NCBI GenBank assembly: GCA_027604505.1 | Contig: JADIIX010000003.1 | Location: 310,001 to 370,175 of the forward strand | Source of the DNA: Gonapodya sp. JEL0774 | Taxonomy: Eukaryota | Reading direction: 5' to 3' | DNA length: 60,175 bases | Translations under genes and position numbers: made by a program | In this document: one piece after another, positions 36,014 to 47,031 of the stretch | Layout of the letters: each line of letters begins with the position of its first letter | Numbering within the stretch: position 1 is the stretch's first letter | The notes under the pieces: generated by a model | Databases searched by the model: none | What the model saw: only the letters and a program-made list of their open reading frames with translations | Told to the model about the DNA's origin: nothing

Positions 36014-37909
36014 ATGACCACCACCAAACCTGCTTGCAAATATGGAGTGGCCTGCTACAGACGAAATGCAGCTCATTTGAGCGAATACTCGCACCCCGCA
36101 AAGCCGGAAGACCAGAAGCCAGTCGCTCCCGCTCCTGGCTCACCCCATCTCGCAGCTCCGATCCCCTTATCCCTGGGCTCTGACAGCGATGCTGATGACG
36201 ATCTGGCTGAAATTGATGGCGTCAAGCCACTACGGGTGCTTGGCGACGGCGAGACGGTCACAGTTTCCTCCAAGTCCAGCAGCAGCACATATGAAATAAA
36301 GCGCACGTTTGATCACTACTATTGCAAGTGTCCCGCATGGAGAAATCAATCGCGGGGTGAGTCGAATTGTGGAGAGTGTGGAAGCTTATCTCAAACTGTA
36401 TCATTGAATTAACTAGCTCCCGTGAATGGAAGAAGTTGTAAACATCTTCGTGAACTTCTTGGAGACGCCTACGAGGATGCGAGAGTGAAACGATTTGGTG
36501 GTTCTTTCTCAGCTGGTAGTCCCACAAAAAAGCGCAAGGCACGCGGGGATGATGAGGATGATGAGGACGACGACGGCAAAAATGGTAGTTCGAGCTCATC
36601 TGCACCATTGAAGAAAGTAAAAGTGGATGTATTGCTGGCGCAGAGCTACGAAATTGATGGAAGTGAGTGGGAAAACACGTGGTTGTCCGGCACCAGTTTT
36701 CCTCATGCCTTTCTAAATCTATGATCAAGACGTGGATCCAACAGGCTGGTGGATCTCGGAGAAGCTGGATGGAGTCAGAGCATATTGGGATCCCAAAAAT
36801 CGCCAATTCTACTCCCGCCTTGGAAATCCGTTTACGCCCCCAGACTGGTTTATTGATAAACTTCCTAAAGACATGTCGCTAGATGGCGAAGTAAGTTATT
36901 TCAGAGATTGATTAACTGTGAATGGACTCTCACCTGTCAACACGAAAAGCTTTTTGGGGGTCGTGGCAAGTTCATCGAGACGGTCTCCACGGTGAAGACC
37001 ATGAACAGCAAAAACTGGGGCAAAGTAACTTTTCAGGTCTTTGATGCACCAAGTATCGGGGACCAACCATTTGAGAGCCGAATGAAGGTGCTTGAGGAAC
37101 TATTCATGAAAACACCGTGAGTTATTCCTGTTTTGTAACGAATCACGCATTCTCACATCAAATATGCAGAATTGATCATGTGAAGCTTGTGAGGCAAACC
37201 CTGTGTACAGGCCAGTCCCATGTCCTCAAAATGCTCAAAGACGTAGAGAATGTTGGCGGTGAAGGACTAATGCTGCGAAAGCCAGACTCACGGTATGAAA
37301 AATCTCGAAGCAATACTTTACTAAAAGTGAGTCAGTGATCTGTCTTGGGACGCTCTTCAAATTGACGCATCACTGGTCCGCCCCCTTTCCAGGTGAAATC
37401 ATTCTACGATGCTGAGGCGCTTGTGGAAGGTCATGAAGTGAGTTGTTGTCTGAAACAGAGATCGAGAGTTTGGGTAGCAGAGAACAACCTTGAACGCAAT
37501 TTTGCAAAACGCAGCCTGGAAAGGGGAAGAATACGGGCGTCATGGTGAGTCGAAACGGTTGAAAGCACCCCCCTTCATTATTCTTCATCTCTTGCTCTTA
37601 TCTCTAATACTCCTCTCTCAGGGCGCTCTCAAGGTACGTGTGATATCAACGAAGTAATTGAGTTGTCGACACAAAATTTCCTTCTGTAACCCGCAGTGTG
37701 CAATGGCAAGTGGCAAAAAGTTCCGTGTAGGCACTGGATTCACAGACAAGGAGCGAGCCAACCCTCCCAAGATTGGGAGCATCATCACGTATCGATTTCA
37801 AGAGCTCACCAATGACGGTGTTCCGCGATTTCCTTCATTTGTTGGTGAACGTATTGACATGGATAAGCCAAAGGATGCGGTTGTGAGAGTCGTTGCCAAG
37901 GATAAGTAA
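36014..37909 (+). CDS. Minimal ATP-dependent DNA ligase with N-terminal PBZ and SWIM zinc fingers, multi-exon
   Basis: GWWISEKLDGVRAYWD (motif I), LDGELF (III), FQVFDAP (IIIa), GEGLMLR (IV), LLKVK (V), OB fold FRVGTGF..ITYRFQELT..GVPRFPSF (VI); PBZ CKYGVACYRRNAAHLSEYSH; SWIM CKC..CKH. Confidence 0.93.
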
Positions 37910-38093
37910 TTGACGAAATGGAAACTACATTTAAATATATTATTTCCGTTGCCAAATATGAGGCGGTAGTGACTAAAACATTAGGTTTTGCTTGATACGT
38001 CGTGAAACATTATTCTGCAGTCGATGATGATTGTGGGGATGATGGTGGGAATACAGTACTTGCGGGTTGATGGGATCTGGTTGATGTCCCGAC

Positions 38094-39844
38094 ATGTCAG
38101 CAATCTCCCTCCGTATCCGCCATCCTGTCTCGAAAGCCTTTCTCCGATCGAGCAATCTACGTGGATCCAGGGTTGCTGCCTTACCTCCGCGACGATGGGA
38201 GCCATCGCGCCAACACTCTCCTTGCGCGAGCTCTTCCCAGAGTTTATGCCAGGCTCGTCGCTCGTTTTACACCAAAAAAGCGCGCTCCGCAATGGGAGGG
38301 ATCTTCGCTCAATTCATGGGCGAAGCCAAAGAAGAAATCGGTGATTTGAACGGTAACGGGAATCAAAAACTAGACTCTCCAGAATTGGAAGAACTTATGC
38401 AAAGTGAGAAGCTGTGAACAATACCAGTCATTTTTCGTAGCGTAATACTTACGCTCTCATAAACAGAAATTCTGCCAAACGAGGCCATTCTTCACCGACT
38501 TTATGATGACCAACGAATCGGTGTTGAACCCAAGACGCAAGTTCGGATTGTCCGAAGAGTTCTTCAAGCCATGAGGGACTCAGATGGGGTTGATGAAGAT
38601 GAGCGGGATATTGTACATGGACTTTTGGACTCAGAGCTTTGGAAATGTGATTCAATCATATCTACTGGGTATTTGAGGTAACGAGAGCTCGTTGACACAC
38701 ACACACTCCATCACTGCCAGTATCTCTGGAAGATCCGAACACGCTGACAACTCTGGCCATTGTTCTTTCGCGACATTCTACCGGTATGCTGCGCTGTTCG
38801 TCACGGTGAAGCGCTTCCCACCAAGTGAACGTTTTGAATCCTCTTCGCAGAAGGCATCCCTGCTAGCATCACCTTACTCCATTCTATCCTCCGAAATAAT
38901 CATCACGCAAATGCTGAGTACGTTCTTGCTCAGCTTATACACGCGGGTTTGGACCCCGACTACCCACCACCAGACAACACCGCCGCGGCAATTCACATGC
39001 TCGACCACCTCGCCACTGGTCATGGACATCCGCAGGCTTGCTATACTCTCGCAAGCTACTTTGCCGCGTCGAAAGATCTGCAAGAACGGAAACGGGTCCC
39101 CGAACTCCTTCTAACTGCTGCTGAAGCTGGAGTTGGACCTGCCTGGACACAACTGGGTGTTCTATATGGTTCAGGACAGGGAATTGTTGAAACTGACCTG
39201 GCAAAGAGCTTAGACTGTTACGAGAAAGCGGCGGCGCTCGAGAATCCTCAAGGCGCGTTTGTAGCTGGAACAATGTGGATGGATGGGAAAGGAACTCCAG
39301 ATGGTACAAAAGACCCTGCCAAGGGGCTTGAATACATCAAACAAGCTGCGGCACGAGGTGTGATGCTTGCAAGCTTGCTTGCTTGACATTGGGGACTTTG
39401 CAAATTTTCGTTCTGGCAGGTCTTCCTGTTGCTCAACATAATCTTGCAATCGTTCACTTTACGGGTCTCAAAGATGCTGCGGGATCTACCATTCTGGAAG
39501 TATCTATTCCCACTGCTGTGGAATACTTCAAGATGGCGGCGGAGGGCAAATTTCAGCCGTCACAAGTAAGTTCCCTGTGAACTCAGTTCATGCTACATTC
39601 GGTTATGGACGGCATGCACCATTCCACTAGATCAATCTTGCCAAGCTTTACTTGGCTGGTGAGCATCTTCCTCAATCTAGTGTGATTGCTCGGAAGTATT
39701 TGAGCGAAGCCGTTGCCCTAGGGGGCTCAGTGGTATGTAGTCTCTACGAACCGAGCAATGGTCTGATGAGTCTGATCGAGTTTGTAGGCCGATGATGCAA
39801 GAAAAATTCTCCAGGAGATGGGTGAAGAAGAAGACACATATTAA
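38094..39844 (+). CDS. Sel1-like repeat protein with predicted mitochondrial presequence, multi-exon
   Basis: Arg/Ser-rich acid-free N-terminus; repeats AWTQLGVLYGSGQG, GAFVAGTMWMDGKG, AQHNLAIVHFTG, SQINLAKLYLAG. Confidence 0.82.
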
Positions 39845-39898
39845 TTCTGAATCGCCTATCACCAACGGTTATACCCCAATAACAAAATGTCGCACTAT

Positions 39899-42800
39899 TT
39901 ACTGTTGTGGTGGCGCTAAAGGTGGACCACCATTGGCAGTGGTCATCCTTGTCCTGTCTACCTCGGTCATCAGTTGGATCCTCCATCCTTTCGACCGACC
40001 ACCAGCTGCTACAAACATCATATCACGATTTTGGCACAAGAATCGCATTGCTTCTCCCTTCGGAGCTTTCATGACCTGCACAATTGTCCCCGTCTTCCAG
40101 AGAGCGACTTCCACTGTTTCGCTGCAAACGGCCGCTACGTAATGATCTGGTGCGAGTATTACACGTGATGGTGGCTCCGACCATTTGATCATATAACCTT
40201 TCGGTCCACCGTACCCAAGTGATTGCGAGTCCACCGGGTTTCCGTTTGCGTCCACAATCCGCGAAATATTTGAGAAGGTCGCCAAGAAGACCTTTTGGAC
40301 TTCATCCAGGGACTTCTTCTGCGCACCACCTGTCGGAGCAACGGCAGCACGTATTTTCTTGTTGATGGTTGAGTTTGGTCGAATGAGTGTGCCGATCTTT
40401 TGCTTAACTGCGTCGGAGAAGGGAATTTGGGACCAACTTTGCCACCGTGGGTTGTTCATGGCGCCAAACCTGCCCATATTGTCCAGGAATTGATTGGCAA
40501 CCGGTAGTTCCAGAACCTGTGCGGTGTCGGCTTCTATGAGATTGCCCTCCAAGTTGTAAGCGAGGAAAAGCTGCTTGATGAAAACACCATCGTGCATAAG
40601 ACTAATCGATTTTGGAGTCTCAGGTAGCCAAAAGTCTTTGACTTTAAGGAACTTGAGATAAGGTTCCATCGCCCACTCGTACCACACGGCAGTATTCCCA
40701 CTCAATGCGGGTGACACGAGGGCAAGCATGTGCACCGATTGCTGCGTTCGCTCCACTACGAACATTTTGGAAGACTTGCTGCCAAGGATCTTGATGTAGT
40801 CATTCGCCCATTGGTTCACCAACTCAGCACTCCCCTGCAGTGGTTGCTGCTCCTGTTGGAGATTCACGCGAGAATAAGGATCGTCTTCGTCTTCGGGTTT
40901 TGCTGCGGCGGCAGGTCTTTCTATCTTCATCCGAAGACAGACCGCAGCATCGTCAGCCGCTTTAGGGCCACACACCTGCCCGATTCGGTAATGAATTAGC
41001 TTCTTGATACTCCGGAGCTTGTACTGCCGAACATGATCATTTCGGCCAGATAACGCCAGCATTACGCCGTAGTCTTCAAGCACACAAATCTGACGGAATC
41101 GCACTTCCTGGATAATGGCGATCGCCTTTTGCTGGTCCTGCGGTTGTGTTGTGTCGATGACATACAGCCCCTTCTCCGTCCCGAAAACAAAGAACGGCCC
41201 GATAAGGTCTCCGGTATTTATTTCTGCTGGCACCCTGGAGTCACCCAGCGGGATGGCATACAGTAAGCGTTTTTCGCTGACACCACTGGCAGACTCGGGT
41301 GGCTGGTTGAGGAAAAGACGGGAGCCCCGATCAGGATTCTACCACAGCACTTGGAGAAGTCAGCTAGGCAATTCATACCGGCATGGAGCCCCGGGGCGTC
41401 CTCAAAGCAGGATCAATAGGAGCTGATTGCGCTGATGCTCCACCATTCACAGCAACCCTTACGTCATTTGAGGACGACACAGCCGACTGGGGATTTGCCA
41501 CCGCCACTGGTGGTTGCGGACGAGGCTCTGCTGCGACCGCAGGCATCGGTGGTGGAAGTTGCAGAGCCGGACTGTCGAAGTTCTGGAAAGGATCTCTTTC
41601 ATCGTCGTCGTCTGTGGTCTTCTTGCCTGATTTTGCAGCCTCGCGGTCGCTACGATAACGAAGAACCAGTTCGGCGAGGATCTCCTGGCGCTTTTGTTGT
41701 GTAGCAGCACGAGCCTTCGCGAAAAACTCGTGGTTGAGGAGTTGAGCTGCCGAAGGACGCGCTTTCGGATCTCGAATGAGACTGCGTCCGGTGAACAAAG
41801 AATTAACACTTGTCCAAATATGGGTGTGACTACACGCAGTTGGAACTTCCTTGTGTGACACGTTGTGCTATGGTACCACCAAGCACGCTCCTGTGCCAAA
41901 TGATGTTCACCTCTCCACCATGCAACCCACCATTGTGCAACAAAATCCTTGAATTCCTTGGTGAAACCCCTTGGCTTCGCGAAACCTAAATCATTCATCT
42001 TAGGAATCAGATGCAATGCTCGCATTGGATGGATCTCGGCAAGGGGAGGATTCTTTTCCGCAATCTCAATCGCAGTAATGCCGATGGACCAAATATCCGC
42101 TTTCGAATCGTAGGATGCAGAAGAGGACGTGGGAGTTTCCGGTTCGCAGGCGATGACTTCGGGAGCCATCCAATAGCTGGATATTGGTGCAATAGAAGAG
42201 AATGAATGAGCCGTCTTCGGTTTCAAATGAACATCCTCCTCGCCCCTTTAAACCGCCATGTCGAAGGTACGAATCCACTGCGGCACAAATTGACAGGACA
42301 AACGAGAATGCCGACGGCAGGTTTCCGACCCTCGCAAATACTCACGGTGTACCAATGAAGGTCCTGGCTCGATCTCCGGCTTGCTTGAGCTTCGCCGAAA
42401 CGCCAAAGTCTCCGAGTTTGACTTCTCCGCCGTCTGTCATAAACAAGTTACCTGCCTTGATGTCACGATGAATAGTGTGGGTCTTTGTGTGCAGATAGTC
42501 AAGACCCTGAGTGCATTAAAATCACGAGAAAGGTCAGCTGAAACGCTTGGTGCCTAACCGGAAAGGCTTACCTTCAGTGTTTCGTAGAGAATAACGGAAA
42601 TGACCGCCTCCGTAAGTGGCTTTTTGATGCCTGCGGGGGTGATTCTTATTAGGCAGACACCGATTTCAGTCGAAAACAACTACACTACCTCTGTAAATGC
42701 TGTCGAGCGCACCCCCTCCACAAAATTCCATACAAATCTGTTTCCATGAATCCAGACAAGAAATATTTCGCAATCCATGCGAGCGTAGGCAGTACGTGAG

Positions 42801-44044
42801 AAGAGGGACAAAGCATATCAGCAGCAGCAACATCAGTTTTATGGTCATCGCTCGCAGCAGGCCACTCGTGTTGAGGTTGAAAATCCTCGACAGGAAGCTC
42901 AAACCTCGCAAGGCTTTGCTTCCCGGGCGCTCCCGCTTCTTCAACCGTTGAAACCAGACGTCTAGGATGGTTGGCCACAAGTGTCCACATCCATGATGTG
43001 TTCACCATCTTGCCGAATCCCCCAGCCGCAAACGGTTGGGAGATCGGCCAAAACCCAGCCGAAAGTCCCGGCAGTGGTGCTTGCTCAGCCGCATCCGTGA
43101 CACAACAAAAGGTGGACTGCGACCAATCCAGCATACAGCATATCAACATCTCCGGCAAACTCTCCCACAATCGCAATCCTCCCCCCCTGCCCGCGCCCCC
43201 CCCCCCTCCCAACGCACAGCCTTCCCACCCACTAAACCATGTCAGTTATGTGACACCGGTAGTGTAGCCACTGTTCCGACTTTAAGTATCCACGTATTTT
43301 GTTGTTGCCCTCGGAGGAACAGTCCCCATCCCAATTGCTGAGCTGTGGTGACATCCCCGCCGACTGCTGCTGACTGAGACAGACAGTCACGATGGACGTA
43401 TTCTCTTCCCTGTTGCTTCGCATCCAATTCTCTTTGCTACTCACCCAAAGATCAAGTGCTTTTATGAAGAGTCCCATAAACTTGACGATGTTGGGGTGCA
43501 AACAGTCTCGGAGAATCTCCATCTCAAGCAAGGTCTCACGGAGTTCCTCCTCCTTGAGCTCGACGACCTTGACGGCGGTGGTTTCATTGGACGATGTGAG
43601 GCGTGCCTAGACATTCCAAGGAACACAATGTCCAGGCAAACAAGTATCGAGAGATCAAGAGAGAGATAATTGTGGGTAATGTATTTCGTCCATGGAATTG
43701 AATCGCTCCCGGGGGAACTGTTCAACTCACCTTGTAAACCTGTGAGATATCAGGGAAGGCGGCATGCCCACAAGAAACACGGAAGCCGCGTTCGAGTTCA
43801 AAGCGAACGGATGTCCAATCATCAGATTACAAATACATCCGTCGGACTCGCCGGGGAATCAGGGTCCCACACCAACCCCCCGTCCTCAGTCGGTTCGGGA
43901 AGCTCTCACGTTTCCATAATTTCCCTTTCCAATAACCTCGAGCAGTTCCACCTTCCCTTTGGGCCCCGGGATTTGGAGCAGAATCGGAAACTTCTTCGCG
44001 AACCTCATAAGGGCCGCAGTGCTGTCTCCCCCTGGACGAGACAT
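39899..44044 (-). CDS. Ste20/GCK-family kinase with C-terminal CNH domain (MAP4K-like), multi-exon
   Basis: IGKGNYGN|VYK, AVKVV, MEFCGGG, IHRDIKAGN, KLGDFGVSA, FIGTPYWMAPEV, ADIWSIGITAIE, HPMRAL; CNH-like FGTEKGLY..RFRQICVLE..ALSGRNDHVRQY. Confidence 0.92.
42833..43126 (-). ncRNA. Candidate intron-encoded structured RNA, family not recognised
   Basis: Several hairpins with G-U pairs favouring the minus strand, inside the 707-nt intron 42738-43444 of the MAP4K-like gene. Confidence 0.35.
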
Positions 44045-44616
44045 GGCTTAGATGTGGACGTCGGGAGACGGGGTGAGAGAAGCGGGACTGCGGGTTTAAT
44101 AGGTGACTTGATGGAGATTGTAAGAGATTATCCTTTCCTTGGGTCGATTGCCGCACAGTGATTTGCGTGAGTCGCCGAGGTGAGACTGATTCAATCACGA
44201 GGTGACCTGGGAGCAGTGTGTGTGTTCAGGTTGAGTGCGCCGCACCACGGCCTCAGTCTTGGCTCACCAACAAGAATTCACGAAGAATGCAGAAGGCGTG
44301 CCCTTGACCACGCACTTGTGCAGACGTTCGTATTGCACTTTATTTGGGGATGACAGAGTATTCGAATGGAAACCGCAAGTGTTGCAGCCTTCACAGCTAG
44401 GAAACTAATCTACACCGTATGTACCTACAAGAGAATTAAGAATGTTTGAAGGCTTCATCAGGTCGAAGTGTCTGAAGTTGTCTGCCTGTTCGGGGACAGC
44501 ACCCAATTGGCAAAGCAACGCAAAAACTACACGAAGATCATTGCTCATTGTGCTCATTTTGATTTATGATAATTGAAACATACGACACCGCATGTCTGCA
44601 GCTTCGTATTCCCTTT

Positions 44617-45084
44617 TCATTGCTCTTGCACCGCATCTGATCTCCCAAGGCCTCTCCTTGAGAGCCCCAGAGAGCTCACCCCAGGGGAGCTCTTCACAGA
44701 GGAGGGAGAAAGGAGGGTCGCTGAAGCTAGAGCAGCTGATCCGGGAGCAATGGTGGAGGAGGTGGCAGGAGAATTGTGTTTTGGACGTTGTGAGTTGCCA
44801 TTGGAATTATCTGGGGGTGTTTCAAAGATTTCTTTTTGAGTCGCAAGAACTTCCAATCTTCGTTTGCCGACAAATTTTTCCACTGCGACTCGTTCGGCCA
44901 AGGTGAGGAACTCGAAATGCAACTCGCCCTCCTTCTGTGGGCGATGTAGTTTGGTCGGATGACCAGCAGCCACGTCGAAGTAGGCCCACACAAAGATGAT
45001 TGCAGCGATGGCGATAGACAGGATAATCGCAGATGAGAATATCGAGGTGACGATTGCGAGTTCCGTGTCTGACAGGAGAACCAT
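44617..45084 (-). CDS. Small single-pass membrane protein, unknown function (155 aa, intronless)
   Basis: ATG-initiated ORF with strong N-terminal hydrophobic helix LAIVTSIFSSAIILSIAIAAIIFVWAYF and Ser-rich tail; no family recognised. Confidence 0.55.
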   Translation of the reverse strand: MVLLSDTELAIVTSIFSSAIILSIAIAAIIFVWAYFDVAAGHPTKLHRPQKEGELHFEFLTLAERVAVEKFVGKRRLEVLATQKEIFETPPDNSNGNSQRPKHNSPATSSTIAPGSAALASATLLSPSSVKSSPGVSSLGLSRRGLGRSDAVQEQ

Positions 45085-45231
45085 ATGTTTCTACAGCACT
45101 GGGGATCACAATGGGGATCAGAACGCGTGAGGGCGCATCCATAACCGCTTTCGAGATAGCATCGTGTGTGCCATTACTTACCCGAATATTTGAGAGTGGC
45201 GGTGGCGAGTTATGATGGTGATTATGACGAA

Positions 45232-46757
45232 ATGGGGATCCCATCAAGATCAACCCACAGCCTCATAGGTACATATGAAGGAATTACAAATCCCCAAACA
45301 CTCGCTCGACATCACATGCTCACACGAAGCGATTCTCACGCGCCGTATGCCGTCATCGACTCGTATTCATCATCGTCCAACTCAGGACTGGAAAACGGAA
45401 AATTGACAGTGCCGTTCAATGCCAATCAACTCGCAGAGGACTTATATGCAGCCATCAACTCAAATAAAAAAGACACAGTCATCGACATTGTATGCAGACG
45501 ACCCATCGAGGACGTCGAGGACATTGCCGTCGCTTTCCGACAAAAGTACCACGATTCCCCATCTCACTTCGTGAAAGCACATATGGGTGGTACCGATCGA
45601 TATTTCTTGGCAGTGGTATCTGGCTGTGCTGTGGGGAGTATCCTGGAGTATGAGGCTAGGGCTCTTCGTGCAGCAAGTGAGTCTTTCTGTCAAATGCAAA
45701 TGAGACTTGTTATGGGGTTGGGGTTGGAGGTGAGGATACAGCATTGAAGATTTGGAAAGACACAAGTGAAGTGAATGATCGGAGGAGCGAGGGAGGAGTG
45801 TGAGCCGTGTACTGGTGATGGTGGTTGCTGGTCCTTGCCCACTTCCGTCCCTTCTGTGTTCAATTCCGCTGCGCAAGGTTTCTGACTCAATTATTCCTTT
45901 CTTTTCCACTTCTAGTGGAGGGCATTGGCTGCGATACAGATGCCCTCATCGAAATCCTTGTGGGCCGAACCGTACAAGAAATTCGGGAGATAAAATCCGC
46001 CTTTCAACAGCTGTTCGGTCGAGCACTCGAAGTGGATCTACATAAGAACCTCCACGGAAGCACACGGCATTTCTTCGAAGCGTTGATGAACGTGGATCGC
46101 AAAATTGCCCCTCGGTCCCTAGATCCCGAAGCCGATGCACGTGCACTCTTCAACGCGGGTGAAGGTCGCCAGGGCAAGGACGACACCGTCTGGATCCGCA
46201 TTTTGACAGAACGGCCCGATGAACATCTCCAGCGCGTTGTAGCTTTGTACCCGCAGCTTTTCCACTCAACAATCGAGAATGCGATACAAAAGGAGTTCAA
46301 CGGAGAGATGCAGAGAGCACTACATATGCTTGTAGCGAGCCTGACGGATCGTGTCAATGAGATTGCCAGTGAGTGCTGCTTCTGGTTGCACTTCTCATAG
46401 GATCTTCGAGACGAATAGCCCACAAACTTCAATGTTTGCACGGTGTTTGACATGAATGACAGCATTATTTGAGAAGAGCATGAAGGGCTATGGTCTGAAC
46501 GAGAGCAAGCTTATTCGCCTTGTTATCCGATTTCGGGCACCCGAATCCCGCGAGGCGATCAAGAAGTCGTACTCTCGAAAGTGAGTCCCATTTCCAGGAT
46601 TAGGCGCTGTTAGTGTCACATCTCCGCGCTCAACTCACTCGACCACTCTCACGATGATACCCGCAGATACAACAAATCACTCATTTCAAAGATTAAATCG
46701 GAGATATCTGGTGACTTTCGGCGAGCGGTGCTGGCGAGCTGGGGGGAACATGAATGA
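45232..46757 (+). CDS. Annexin, multi-exon
   Basis: EGIGCDTDALIEILVGR, DARALFNAGEGRQGKD..WIRILTER, IENAIQKEFNG, SMKGYGLNESKLIRLVIR, IKSEISGDFRRAVL. Confidence 0.92.
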
Positions 46758-47031
46758 TCACAAGTGCTGAAACCGCAGAACGCTCTTACATACTACTGCC
46801 TTTGTATTGAGCCTTGAGTTGTTGTTTCATTATTTTCTTACATTGTTAGTCTCACGAATGTAGCAGTTACTCGTTTCTCTCTTTTGCAATCACAAAAGGG
46901 CACATGTTTGTATTGGTGGTGGATTCAACTTGCTCCCGAACTATTATTTCAAAGCACAATAAAGAACGCACACCATAACTTCGCGCGCCATTTAATATTA
47001 TTGAATGGTTCGACTGTCGTCCGATATCTCC

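Noticed and set aside
43055..43075. GAAAGTCCCGG resembling RNase MRP CR-I on the + strand
   Set aside because: No matching CR-V/P4 partner downstream, and G-U pairing favours the opposite strand.
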